From positions 1-50,888 of IMG/VR virus record IMGVR_UViG_3300049828_000581: 50,888 nucleotides of DNA. One strand, 5' to 3'. Source of the DNA: a virus (Duplodnaviria > Caudoviricetes). Each line of letters starts with the position of its first letter. Position 1 is the first letter of the stretch. This document shows, piece after piece, positions 20,385-31,130 of the stretch. The notes under the pieces are model-generated. The model had not been told where the DNA came from, did no database searches, and saw only the letters and a program-made list of their open reading frames with translations. A program made the position numbers and the translations under genes.

Positions 20385-20738
20385 CTTAGTGTTATTTTTG
20401 TAATAATCTAGAACCATGCTCTCAAAAACTGACTGAACATCCGGTCTTTTTTGTAAAGAAGGGTAGTAAGCGCTCAGCCAAACCGGGCTATCAGCAAACA
20501 CCACTGACGCCTCGTGAAAAAGCCTGGATTCTCGAATAGTTTGCCTTCTGAATAGGTCAAACTGAGTGATAAGGGTGATATCTTTTTTCTCCCATGCTAA
20601 ATCCTTAGCTTTTTCCGGAACATACTCACTGTTGTATCCATCATCCTTAGACATTGCGAACGCATAGGTGGCGCAAGTGCTTTTACCGGTTGATGGACCG
20701 CTAAAAAAGTTAAAAAATACAGTCATTTAAACCCTCTG

Positions 20739-21290
20739 TTACATGATTGTTTCTACCAAAATAGCCTTAGCTAGATCTATAGCTTCATCTAGTGATGATG
20801 CTCTGAATCCGCAAATCTCGTTAACGATAGCGTGCTCGTGGAGATTACTGCCGTCTTTTTCCATAATTACAATGGATGGTACACGAGCAGCATCAGCCCA
20901 ACCCATTTCAATCATGGTGCCAATGGTCACGCGTGTGGCGCCCAAAAGGTTAAATATTACCAAATCCGAGCGCTGACAATCGAACCTGTCCCTAGCCGTA
21001 ATCGCCTTTTGTGTAGATAACGCGTGCTCAGGAAATCCATGCTGCCCAAACTCAGTTACATGTTTAAGGCACTCTTTGGCTCGCATAGGTGATAAACCAA
21101 TAATTGGATAAAGCTTTTGAATAGCGTATTCACGCCAGTCGGTCGCGCCATCATAGCTAAGACCAGCGATTGGGCCAGCCAAGTACACAAGTCTGGATGG
21201 CGTGGCTATCAAGGAGCGGCTTGGTGTAATCTGCATAAAACCGCCGAGATTATCATTCACCTCTGTTTCTGTTTGCATAATTTCCCTCAT
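20739..21290 (-). CDS. Nucleoside 2-deoxyribosyltransferase-like / nucleotide N-glycosidase (start may be 21236)
   Basis: VYLAGPI...D...SDLVI...GTMIEMGWA. Confidence 0.85.
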   Translation of the reverse strand: MREIMQTETEVNDNLGGFMQITPSRSLIATPSRLVYLAGPIAGLSYDGATDWREYAIQKLYPIIGLSPMRAKECLKHVTEFGQHGFPEHALSTQKAITARDRFDCQRSDLVIFNLLGATRVTIGTMIEMGWADAARVPSIVIMEKDGSNLHEHAIVNEICGFRASSLDEAIDLAKAILVETIM

Positions 21291-22047
21291 CTAAAAGATT
21301 TATTAATAAATACTTAGGTTTATCGTAATGGCTTCCAGTTTGATAAGCCAGTGTATCTCCAAAACAATCAGACCCTACGTGTTGCTTATGACTATGACCA
21401 AAAAGATAGTATTCACACTCCCATCTTAATACATCTTGACAGGAATAGCTAGCGGTATATCTCTGGTCAAAGTCATTACCAAAAACCGGCATGTGACTAA
21501 CAACCACGCGGATTTTGCCGGTGTTTGCGACTAGTTTATTACCGAGATCGGATAACTGATCGTCTTGCTTCTTTATTAATACTTCGCTAACAGTTCTCAT
21601 ATCATCAAAAAAATAATCCATCCAATGGAAATCATTGGTATCTGGTTTAATTGCATGATACCAAGTAGTAAATCCACCTATAAAGACCTTGTCAGTCTCA
21701 ATGGTTTCTCCTTCATCCAAAAGGATGATATTATACTTTTTAGCTAATTCGGTGTGACTGCTTAAGATCTCTTGCATACTCATCCAGCCGTGCTTGGGAG
21801 ATCTGCTTTTAAGGTTTTGCCAATAATCGTGGTTGCCACGAACTACAGCCACCGGTTTATCACCGGCAGCATCTCTTAGCTGGATGAAAGTTTTTTCCAC
21901 ATTTTTTTGCTGAGCGGCGATCATATCCCCGCAATGAATTAACACATCAAACTCTAATTGTTTGATTTCTTTGAAGAATTTTTTGTGGATTTTATCCGTG
22001 TTTTCGGTAAAACCCTTATGTGTATCATTCAGTTGTAGGACTATCAT
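21253..22047 (-). CDS. Calcineurin-like metallophosphoesterase
   Basis: DTH, GD, GNHD, SH and GHSH motifs. Confidence 0.9.
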   Translation of the reverse strand: MIVLQLNDTHKGFTENTDKIHKKFFKEIKQLEFDVLIHCGDMIAAQQKNVEKTFIQLRDAAGDKPVAVVRGNHDYWQNLKSRSPKHGWMSMQEILSSHTELAKKYNIILLDEGETIETDKVFIGGFTTWYHAIKPDTNDFHWMDYFFDDMRTVSEVLIKKQDDQLSDLGNKLVANTGKIRVVVSHMPVFGNDFDQRYTASYSCQDVLRWECEYYLFGHSHKQHVGSDCFGDTLAYQTGSHYDKPKYLLINLLDEGNYANRNRGE

Positions 22048-25000
22048 CGTTATTAACCTCGTTACTTAAGACGGGGTTTAAAATACCTAGGCAATAGTGG
22101 CCGTTACGCGGATACCTACTAACAACAAATGGGTTAGGAGTTGGCCACACCACCTCAATATGCACAAGATCCTTATCGGTAATTGGTGATGTGAACTTAA
22201 CCCTTTTCATTTTTTTCAATCCATCCATAATGCGGTTTGGTAGTTTAGCTGATTTGGCGGTAAACCATCCCACTGCAACAAATAAACGTCACGATCACTA
22301 ACGCTCGAATCTTTTGTAAGCCGCTCCACTTGATACCCAAGACTTAACAAAAGCGGCACCGCCAGTTGTGGTAGGCAAGTCACAACGCCCCCTCTACCCT
22401 CGGAAGCCCACTGAGGTATCCATTGTTCCGTCAGTTCCGGTAATTTTGCCAAAGTTTCAGCTGTTTGTTGCGCTCTTTTTGCCTCATAATCTTTTTTCGC
22501 ATGTGCCGCTGTGTAAGTGTAAGTCATTTGTTTTCTCCTTTTAATAACTTGAATTTATTACGATTTTTAAGTGCTTTAAACTGTGCCATCGCCTGAAAAA
22601 GCCAGTTACTGAATTTTCGATCTGAATTAGATGCATCAATTGCCGCCACATGCCAGCTTATATCAACTGGCATGCCTCGCTTTTGAAACTGATTGCTAAC
22701 AGCCTCACGCAAAGATCCAATATCTTTACATTTTTTAATATCTGGTATAACCTCCTCATTGATTGTATCCATCATTACCTTTTTGTATTATATCTTTTGT
22801 GGTTAGTTCAGTTAATTTATATATTTCGCCAATATACAGACTTAGTTTTTGGTCTATTTCATTCATTATGGCGGTATATTCATCAAGATCGTATTCGGTA
22901 ATGGTAATTCCGCTGTTTTGAACAATACTAGCAGCCCTCTGTAATGCAAAACCTGTATCAATCAGCGATTGTTTTATATCCATGTGACGGGCAAATAGTT
23001 TTTCAGACCAGTCTCCGATTCTATACGATGACTCGGGCTCAGTTTTCTTGCTTTTAATGATTTCTCCGGAGTGTAATTCGAGGACCATCTCGCGATCTCT
23101 GGTGTAACCAACGAGAGTGCCAATATGATTTCCTTCAGTGCTAAACACTTTTTCGCCAGCTCTTACTTTTCTGTAACTCATCCTGAATACTCCTCTTTTT
23201 TACATTGTTTGCAAATTTTATAACTGCCCGTAAATAGTGGTTTTATTTCAAAATCATGGTTACAAACCGATGGTGCCATAAAATCACCTTCGTGTTTAAT
23301 GGTTAGACCCGATGGAATTGTAATAATATAATGATCTGCCGGCTGACGCTCTATGCTATCACCTTCGATAAGTAATACGCCATCGTTATCGACACCAACG
23401 CTCCGAAAAACTGTAGTTGCAGCAGTCCATTCATTTATCTCTGCTACATAGTAGCGATCGGGATGAAATGGGTACACCCTATTAAACCCGTTGTTTATAT
23501 CCTTGGGTGTTACACACAGAGCAGAAAAAACCGCATCCGGGTTTAGTAGCGCAAAACCGACTGGGCGCCATTGTAGTTCATTACCAACTCTGCGCCAATA
23601 AAATTGGTTACCGCACGGGGTATGTTTTACCTCCCACTGTGATTCAAACACATTAATAACCTCTTTATTGCTGCTCATTTTGTGCCTCCTGTTATACATT
23701 CTGATTTAATGCATTTGCGCTCAATAAGAGTTCCGCCGCTTTGTTGGCATTTATTTTCTTTTTTTTGTATCATGTGTATTGCAGTAAATCCACTCATTGT
23801 AGTTAACGAGAGTGAAAATAGTAATAATTTCATTTAGTTAAACCTTTTTTTACGCACAGTTCCACCCTGTTTGCGAGCCATGTCTCTTTAGTGTTCTTGT
23901 TTACACACTCTATCATCTTAATTTGACACTCGGACTGTTGCGGGGCACTGGTTGTGATAACTGAAGCTCCAGTAGCTGGGCTCCTTTGGCACAGCAAGGC
24001 TATGGTCATTAATAATTCCAAGGTCATAAAAAACTCCAAAAAAAGTTCACAAAATGTATTATCGGCAATATATTACAGGACTTTAGTGTTTTTTTTGTTA
24101 CACCAATACAAATCTTTCGCTATCTGACTCAATACCAAGATGACTGAGTTTTAATCCAGATGAAGGTTGTATACAACCGCACCCCACATGAAATATATAA
24201 ACTTTCAAATCTTCATTCTCAAACAGGAAAGTAATTGTTTCTCCTGGCTGTCCAGTGGAATCATGTTTACAGGCACTTGGAGTATTATTCAAAACAACCC
24301 GCTTAACAGTAAACGGAAAACTTAACTGAAATTTAGCTTTAATCTGGGCTGGACTCATCGGTTTGTTGGCATCTGCGGCTATTTGCCTAGCTTCCTTAAT
24401 AATATCCGATACTTGTGTTTTTGATTTAGTTATCATTTAGTCACCTTTTGCGCATTATGAATTTTGTTAAGGATATCTGGATAGGACTCCTCTGTCTGAA
24501 AAAACTTTTCACCAGAATACATGATTCTTACACCCCAGTGATGCTCAGCTATTTCAATAATATATTCCGCGTTCACCAATGTCCGCCTCTTGTTAACACT
24601 ATCTATCACCTCAATAAACCCATTCGGTATCGATGACTTAGTGGATTCCGGGATGTATTCTTCTACCAGGTCACCGGGGTGGGGTTCCTTGGATGGATTA
24701 ACGTGTCCCCCAACATATAAATACACCGTGTGACTAGCGATACTATAACTAAATGGTTTACTTACGCTTCCGGCGAAAACTACTTGCACAATATCCCCGC
24801 CGCGCGTCTTGTAGTATTTACCGACTCTGAGATTAATCATCTTGCGGCCCCTTATTTTCATCAAACACTGCGCAGACCGTGCGATACAATACATACACAG
24901 CTATACAACCTATTATTCTGAAACAAACAAAGGCAGTCTCTTCTGGAAAATACATTACAGCTGTAATTAAAGCAGTAACACCCGCAATAATCAAAAATGT

Positions 25001-25326
25001 TACTAACATTTCACGCCACCTAGTCATATGATCTCCATCTCCTATTATATTTTGTGTTCTTTTTTCTTACCACACACCGCATGATAATCATTGGTGCTAA
25101 TCTTTATTACTTTAACAAGGCATGGGCTATTAGTGTATAACTCACCGCATCTAACAGATGCTACATCAACCTGAAGGTCATCCTGCTTATGGTAAATGGT
25201 ATTATTCCGGTACTCAACAAATGGTTTGGAGCATGCGCTCATTACCAACGACTCTGATTTAGGGGCTCGATCATGCATATCAGTTGCGCACCCAGTTAAT
25301 GCAAACAAAATCAACAACTTATTCAT
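22025..25326 (-). other. Run of about 11 small hypothetical ORFs (22025-22273, 22216-22527, 22524-22775, 22756-23181, 23178-23699, 23830-24039, 24098-24436, 24433-24894, 24833-25027, 25045-25326)
   Basis: Contiguous, coupled minus-strand ORFs. 23178-23699 ends in the CNH...CxxC module; 25045-25326 has a lipobox (LTGC). Confidence 0.65.
24059..24085 (-). promoter_or_regulatory. Sigma-28-type promoter
   Basis: Minus strand TAAAGTCC-N11-GCCGATAA, intergenic. Confidence 0.8.
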
Positions 25327-25988
25327 CGCATCACTCCTTTTTTAATCATCTCTTGTAATACATCATATCTTAAATCCCTAAGAGCCATAGCTATCTTATC
25401 GGGTATTTCTTTAGAACCTTGAGAAAAATCTGCCCACTTTTCTATATGTGTTGCCAAAACCTCGAGCATGATGTTGCCGGTCTCGATCATCCACTCCGTT
25501 TCATCCATTTGTTGCAGATAGTTATACAACCGATCTTTATCAAGCCTTCTCAATATACTGCCAATGAAATTTCTTGGCAACGGAAAAGTATCTCTAAATG
25601 GCGCTCTTATTGTCGTTATCAACTCCCCGCTCTCCGTCACCTCAATAAGCCCGCACTCAGGAGGTATTTCTTCAATTTTTACAAGCCCTTGAGGACATGC
25701 AAAGTAAAACTCATTAGAAAAAGTCAATCCTTTTCGGCGCTTAATTGGTTTTTTTATCTCTGAGAAAAAATCAGACCGTGATGATTTAACTTCGTACACC
25801 ACGGCTTTGTTTTGCCTAGATGGCAAGTACGACAAAGCAAATGCATCCAAGCGCTGCAAAGACTCCTTTGCGTGCCCTCCACCAATCCTTAGCTCCTTGA
25901 GGTACACCCATTCGGTCGGAGGGTGCAAATCCGCTAACTTATTGGTAATATATTGAGTTTTTTCAGTATCAGTCATTGAAGAAAGCAT
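25323..25988 (-). CDS. MmcB-like PD-(D/E)XK nuclease-fold protein
   Basis: RLDAF...YEVKSSRSDF...EFYFACP...IPPECGLI. Confidence 0.8.
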   Translation of the reverse strand: MLSSMTDTEKTQYITNKLADLHPPTEWVYLKELRIGGGHAKESLQRLDAFALSYLPSRQNKAVVYEVKSSRSDFFSEIKKPIKRRKGLTFSNEFYFACPQGLVKIEEIPPECGLIEVTESGELITTIRAPFRDTFPLPRNFIGSILRRLDKDRLYNYLQQMDETEWMIETGNIMLEVLATHIEKWADFSQGSKEIPDKIAMALRDLRYDVLQEMIKKGVMR

Positions 25989-26005
25989 GAAATCTCTTTT
26001 CTTTG

Positions 26006-26239
26006 CTACGCTTTACCCAGTATTTTGCCAAAGCCGTCCTTTTCCTCAAGGGAGGATTTTGAAAAGAGTTTTTGGTTTTTGTGCTTGTCCTTAAGTATAA
26101 TAGTTTTCGCATCCTTTTCTTTAACAAAGACCATGATCTCGTTTTCGTCATCGTATTCCACTTCAATCAAATCTCCCTGCTCGATATCCTCAGAAATTAC
26201 CAACAAATCCCATTCTGTGCGGTCATGCATGTTAAACAC
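26006..26239 (-). CDS. Hypothetical protein
   Basis: Coupled to the helicase; RBS AAGGAG. Confidence 0.6.
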   Translation of the reverse strand: MFNMHDRTEWDLLVISEDIEQGDLIEVEYDDENEIMVFVKEKDAKTIILKDKHKNQKLFSKSSLEEKDGFGKILGKA

Positions 26240-27725
26240 TCCTTATCGTTATATCATTAGTTATACATTCATACTCTGAAAGTCTTTTTGCAATAGCTCT
26301 ATCAAACTGTTCATAACCACCAGTGGCCACAATATCCACTATGAGCGGTCTCTTCTTGCCTGGGGAAAGCCTAAGAGCCCGACCAACTGATTGGTAAGTG
26401 GTAATTGGAGAAGAGTGCTGAGTCACAATAAACAAGCAATCGCAGTCAGGTATATCCACCCCCTCAGACACGAGTCTATAGGTGGCCACCAATATATTAG
26501 ATTTACCATCCTTAAATTCCTCGAGGGGTTTTTTGAATTTGGCGTCAGCTACGTTAAATTTCACGGTGTTGGCACAAGCTTTTTTAATCTTGTTGGCAAC
26601 TTCCAAAGTCTTTGTAATTACTATTGTTTTCCTGCCAGCGGCGTGGGCCTTTAACAGCTGGGTAGCAACGTTTTGGATAAAGCTTGGAGACCCAACCAGG
26701 TGTTTATACGCTGATGTGGCCAAGCTATCCTCTGTTATCTTTCCACTACGAACCGGGATTTTCAGAATATGAAAAGATGGTTCGCACAACCAACCGTTTG
26801 CAATCCCCCATCTAACGTCTTTTTTATAAACAATCGGCCCGCAAAAAGCATGGATACCAATATCCAGACCGTCTGTTCTGAACGGTGTAGCTGTAACTGC
26901 ATAAGAGTACTCACATTTTTCGGCATGCAGAAACATCGTCTGAAGTGTTTCGCTAGGAAGGTGGTGGCACTCATCGGTAATAATCACATCGTATTGATCC
27001 GCGAACTTAAGAGCCGATTGCATGGTAGTAACTAACACATTCTTACCCAACGCCGTCTTTCTGTTGCCACCAGCAGCTGTTACCGAGTCCATGTGCTTAG
27101 ACAAAGTCCCATATATTTGTTCAACCAAATAATCAGTTGGGACAACGACCATCACTCGCTTTAGTTTTTTGACCGCAGACATCGCCAGGCACAAAATTAC
27201 AAAGCTTTTGCCTAAACCAGTGGCCATCACTATGATGCCTCTTTTATTTTTTAGTACAGCTGGCACGGCTTCCGCTTGATAATCTCGAGCCCATTCGGGA
27301 ATTACAGGCTCTATGTCTCCCCTAACCATAACTGGATCATAATGCTCAATCATGTAATACAAACCGGCCGGAATGTATAATTTACCATCTGTTTCGGTCC
27401 AATATTCGGTGTGCAGCAAGTCATTAAGTCGAGCTAACTCTTCAGTGAAGAACTCTACCTTACTGTAAGACTGGTCATACGGCAGATCTAAAGACTGGGC
27501 ATGTTTCTTTCTGGTTTTCCAATATTCCAATTGTTTTTTTACACCTTTGAGTTGGTAACCAACAGATGAGTTATAAACAGTGAGTTTTTTCTTAAGTTTT
27601 TCTTTCTCTGACTCCTCGCCACTGATTTGTATCATGGAAGGAAGAGGGCTTTCTATTGCGGTTAGATTAAATTTATGCATTAGCTCACCATTGTATAACA
27701 TTGAACTTATTATACAATTTACCAA
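26232..27725 (-). CDS. SF2 DNA helicase (UvsW/XPB-like)
   Basis: RDYQ, ATGLGKS, DECHH, TATP.R.DG, EGVDIP, QSVGRALR. Confidence 0.9.
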   Translation of the reverse strand: MVNCIISSMLYNGELMHKFNLTAIESPLPSMIQISGEESEKEKLKKKLTVYNSSVGYQLKGVKKQLEYWKTRKKHAQSLDLPYDQSYSKVEFFTEELARLNDLLHTEYWTETDGKLYIPAGLYYMIEHYDPVMVRGDIEPVIPEWARDYQAEAVPAVLKNKRGIIVMATGLGKSFVILCLAMSAVKKLKRVMVVVPTDYLVEQIYGTLSKHMDSVTAAGGNRKTALGKNVLVTTMQSALKFADQYDVIITDECHHLPSETLQTMFLHAEKCEYSYAVTATPFRTDGLDIGIHAFCGPIVYKKDVRWGIANGWLCEPSFHILKIPVRSGKITEDSLATSAYKHLVGSPSFIQNVATQLLKAHAAGRKTIVITKTLEVANKIKKACANTVKFNVADAKFKKPLEEFKDGKSNILVATYRLVSEGVDIPDCDCLFIVTQHSSPITTYQSVGRALRLSPGKKRPLIVDIVATGGYEQFDRAIAKRLSEYECITNDITIRSV

Positions 27726-27959
27726 AAAGAGAGTTACTAATCAACAACAATATTTCATATCATAAAGAATTATTACTTACTTCTTACTAATACTCATCTT
27801 TTCCTAATATAGGTAAAGTAGTAAAGTTTGAGTAAGAAGGAGTATTAGCTGAATGTATAACAGTTTGTGTTATTTTATATGTATTTGATTTTATTAATCA
27901 ATATTTTAGCTATTGTCTGAATGGGATTAAAGGGATAAAATACAGTATGGAGGGTTGTT

Positions 27960-28352
27960 ATGTCCACCTACCTGAATATTTCAAGATTGTTTGCCCGAAA
28001 AGACCTCTTCCCGTGGGATTACGCTGGTCTTGATTATCCGATGTATGGAAGTAGTTATTCGTACCTCTGTAAGTATCTAGCCGAGTACGAACCCAATCAG
28101 GCGGATTTTTTAAAAGGAAACCCATCTCTTCATGAGTTGGAGAGGTACGGTAGGGAAAATGAGGGTCTGGCAGAGCACATCTATAAATACACCATGAGAA
28201 TTCGGGACGAAAGCGCTTTTTCCAAAGATATGCATCAGGAGATATTAGATTTCCTGAAAGATTACCAGCCATTCAGAACAGCTCTCACCAAGAAAATGGA
28301 ATCTGACTACAGCAGGGGGAGAATTGTTCTTCCTGATGGGGTATTTTTTTAA
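27960..28352 (+). CDS. Hypothetical protein
   Basis: RBS GGAGG; divergent from the helicase. Confidence 0.7.
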   Translation: MSTYLNISRLFARKDLFPWDYAGLDYPMYGSSYSYLCKYLAEYEPNQADFLKGNPSLHELERYGRENEGLAEHIYKYTMRIRDESAFSKDMHQEILDFLKDYQPFRTALTKKMESDYSRGRIVLPDGVFF

Positions 28353-28361
28353 GGATACGAT

Positions 28362-28619
28362 ATGAGTGATAAGACGCTTTTAGCGTATGTGTATTACAGG
28401 GATTTGCCAGCAGCGCTGGTGTCGTTTGTTTCGGGGTACCAAACTATGTCTTACACCAAGGACGGGGCTTTAAAAGGGGTTGGCCACGCCTGCCCACGAA
28501 TCACAATTAGATATCAAGTTTCTGACGCAGAAGCCGATAAGAAATTAAGAGCTAGGCTTGATACGCTGCTTAGCGAGCTAGAATCTAATAATCAAATAGT
28601 AAGTTATAGTATTTATTGA
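28362..28619 (+). CDS. Hypothetical protein
   Basis: ORF with RBS. Confidence 0.6.
   Translation: MSDKTLLAYVYYRDLPAALVSFVSGYQTMSYTKDGALKGVGHACPRITIRYQVSDAEADKKLRARLDTLLSELESNNQIVSYSIY
28514..28540 (+). promoter_or_regulatory. Sigma-28-type promoter inside the upstream ORF
   Basis: TCAAGTTT-N11-GCCGATAA, about 95 bp upstream of the collagen lipoprotein gene. Confidence 0.6.
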
Positions 28620-28633
28620 TAAAAGAGGGCAAT

Positions 28634-29308
28634 ATGTTTAAGTTTTTGATTTTTTTGTTATTCTTGGTGGTTCCAGCCTGCGGAACTAATTATCCAGACG
28701 GTCGATGGAAGCAAGGCCCAGCTGGCAGTGGATGTGTAATTACTGAGGACACCGAAGATTACACTGTTATTCGGTGTGGCACCAAAGAGACTGTTATTAC
28801 TAAAGGTAAGGACGGGGAAGATGGGGAAGATGCCGCGCAATGGATTATGGCAACGGTTCAAACCAGTTCCTGCGCAAATGGTGGTTATACAATCTTAATG
28901 GCGTTGGATTCAAACCAAAACGAGCAACTAGATACTGATGACTTTAATATGCAATCGGCTGAGGTTTGTAACGGAGCACCAGGTGCTGATGGCGCGGATG
29001 GCGCGGATGGTCAAACCGGACCTCGGGGGGAAACAGGTCCAGCTGGTCAAAATGGCGCTGATGATCAGGATGGTCTAAATTTTGGTGAGGTTGAGTCGTT
29101 AAATCCGTGCGGAGATGCGGCCGGGGTTGTTGATGAAACCCTCCTTAAGTTATCAAACGGATCCGTGATAGGCACCGTTAAAACCAAGGGCAAGGGCGGG
29201 TCAACCTTTTTGACAATCCTGCCTCCCGGCAATTACACCACAAATGATAGCGATAAGTGCAAATTCACAATAAACGCAGATGGCTCACTATCCCATGAGC
29301 ATCACTGA
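28634..29308 (+). CDS. Lipoprotein with collagen-like G-X-Y repeats
   Basis: Signal peptide with lipobox-like VPAC; GAPGADGADGADGQTGPRGETGPAGQNG. Confidence 0.85.
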   Translation: MFKFLIFLLFLVVPACGTNYPDGRWKQGPAGSGCVITEDTEDYTVIRCGTKETVITKGKDGEDGEDAAQWIMATVQTSSCANGGYTILMALDSNQNEQLDTDDFNMQSAEVCNGAPGADGADGADGQTGPRGETGPAGQNGADDQDGLNFGEVESLNPCGDAAGVVDETLLKLSNGSVIGTVKTKGKGGSTFLTILPPGNYTTNDSDKCKFTINADGSLSHEHH

Positions 29309-29330
29309 ACTCTGTTGTTGACTATTTCCG

Positions 29331-29365
29331 CAACCCGTTGTATTATTACAGCGGGTTGTTTTTTT
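29331..29365 (+). terminator. Rho-independent terminator
   Basis: CAACCCGTTGTA-TTAT-TACAGCGGGTTG followed by T7. Confidence 0.85.
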
Positions 29366-29378
29366 GTGGAGTATTTTT

Positions 29379-29954
29379 ATGAGAAAAGCCTTGTATTTTC
29401 GAACACTTGCCTTGGCGTTTGTGTTATTAGCGACAGCGACTCCTTATTTGTATACAAAGCATCGGTTGTTTCAAAACGAAATGGATTTAAAACTCACTAT
29501 GGATGGGGCTAAACCAATGGACGAGCTCGAGCTCGCCAAGCTGACTATGGTGTTGGTGCTTATGGCACAAAACAATGGATTCGAGCCAGAGCTATATGAG
29601 CCTGTTTTTAAACATAAATTTTACTTATCTAAAACACTGAATGACTCATTAACTAGCCGAGCTCTCACCAACCGAGTAGTTTTCAGGGAATCAGATCGAG
29701 CAGGAGTGTGTTTTTATTGGGCTGACACCATAGTCTTTGATGAAGAGTCATGGAAGAGTTACACACCTAACGAGCGCCTTTCGTTATTCTTGCATGAGGT
29801 CGGGCACTGCGTTTTTGGGTTTGACCACTCCAAGGAGGCTAATTTAGATATCATGAATTCGGTCACTCTGTCCGATAAGGAAATCAGCTCGCGCACGCAC
29901 GGTTTAATTAAGAGATATTTCAACAAAAAGAATTTACACCAAATACCAAATTGA
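29379..29954 (+). CDS. Exported metzincin-like Zn metallopeptidase
   Basis: N-terminal signal/TM segment; HEVGHCVFGFDH and Met-turn DIMN. Confidence 0.8.
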   Translation: MRKALYFRTLALAFVLLATATPYLYTKHRLFQNEMDLKLTMDGAKPMDELELAKLTMVLVLMAQNNGFEPELYEPVFKHKFYLSKTLNDSLTSRALTNRVVFRESDRAGVCFYWADTIVFDEESWKSYTPNERLSLFLHEVGHCVFGFDHSKEANLDIMNSVTLSDKEISSRTHGLIKRYFNKKNLHQIPN

Positions 29955-30188
29955 AAAAGGAGAGTGTTGTGTCTAAATGGTTCGTGAAGACTAAAGGTCA
30001 GCTAGAGAGAATTAATCACAAACTCATTATCCAGGACGATCCGGAGGGTATGACCGTGACACACCAGGAGTATGGGTTTGTTGCGGTTTTGACCCCCGAG
30101 GATACGGATTGTATAAATTTGGTGCGGGACATCTTGTTTGAGCTTTCAGAAAAACACACAGAAAAATCAGCAAAAACAGGCGGTTAAT

Positions 30189-31121
30189 ATGAGTATAATT
30201 ACATCGTCACACGATCCTTTTGATTATTATCCACAGGCTCTGCAAGCTCTCAAGGCTTCAACCCCAATGCTGATTAATTTGCCTGAATATAACAGTAATA
30301 AAGATAATGTATTCCAGTTTGATGATAAGTTCATATTATATCGCGCGTCTAAGCTGAGATCGAAAACCGAAGACCCTAGTGCGCACTACCAAACAAAGGC
30401 CGCGGTTAATAAAGGTCCGATCTTTGAGGCAATTATCGATCGTATGACTTCGGAGTATCCAGACCGTTTTAAGTTCACAAACAACCTATTGCTGTGTAAG
30501 CACACCGGCGAGACTCTGCGGTTCCTTGGTAAGCAAATCTTCGATCCTAGCGGCTCTACCATGGCCGTGGCTTATCAAGATGGGTTCGAGGCTCTTTCGC
30601 TTCAGTTGCAGGAAGATCTTGTTATATATTACGTCTCAAAAGATAGGGGCGAATTTGTTGACACAGCAGCCATACACCACCCCGGTGTTATTACTGCGGA
30701 CCGTATCATTGGCAAACCGCTTTCGGATTTGTCACAAGGTGTCACTGATGCGCACGGAAAGCTTGTGATCCGATTCCCGGCAAAGCTTTCTTTGGATTTA
30801 ACCAAGTCTACTCAGCCCAAAGAACGCGTTGGAATGGTCCAGTTTTGCGACGCTTTAGTATTACGTAACAACCCAAGACAAGTTGTTGATTTTAATAATC
30901 TTTCTAATCTGCTAATCCGTTTCGAAAGACAGGTGTTTATTGGTATACCCTCATCCAGATGTTTTTTGATGACATCCAAGCCTTATTTTGTAAACCTGAA
31001 GCAAAATCAAACTACGTCGGAAAAAGCCATTCAGGCAATACAAATGGCTGGACAAGGTGCATATGAAAAAGATACACTAAATCAACACGGCGCTCAAATT
31101 ATTGAGTGGCTACAACAGTAA
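30189..31121 (+). CDS. DUF3445-like (heme-dependent oxidative N-demethylase alpha-like) protein
   Basis: LQLQEDLVI and IRFERQVF.GIP motifs. Confidence 0.6.
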   Translation: MSIITSSHDPFDYYPQALQALKASTPMLINLPEYNSNKDNVFQFDDKFILYRASKLRSKTEDPSAHYQTKAAVNKGPIFEAIIDRMTSEYPDRFKFTNNLLLCKHTGETLRFLGKQIFDPSGSTMAVAYQDGFEALSLQLQEDLVIYYVSKDRGEFVDTAAIHHPGVITADRIIGKPLSDLSQGVTDAHGKLVIRFPAKLSLDLTKSTQPKERVGMVQFCDALVLRNNPRQVVDFNNLSNLLIRFERQVFIGIPSSRCFLMTSKPYFVNLKQNQTTSEKAIQAIQMAGQGAYEKDTLNQHGAQIIEWLQQ

Positions 31122-31130
31122 GAGGGAACC

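Larger units (their letters stand above)
19417..20726 (-). pseudogene. NadR/AAA_28-type P-loop ATPase/kinase gene interrupted by an insertion
   Basis: N-half 20726-20385 (GPSTGKST, EYVPE.AK, ADSP) and C-half 19665-19417 (YNPKGRFQTEEQAKEID). Removing the insert plus one duplicated copy gives an in-frame 196-aa ORF. Confidence 0.85.
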
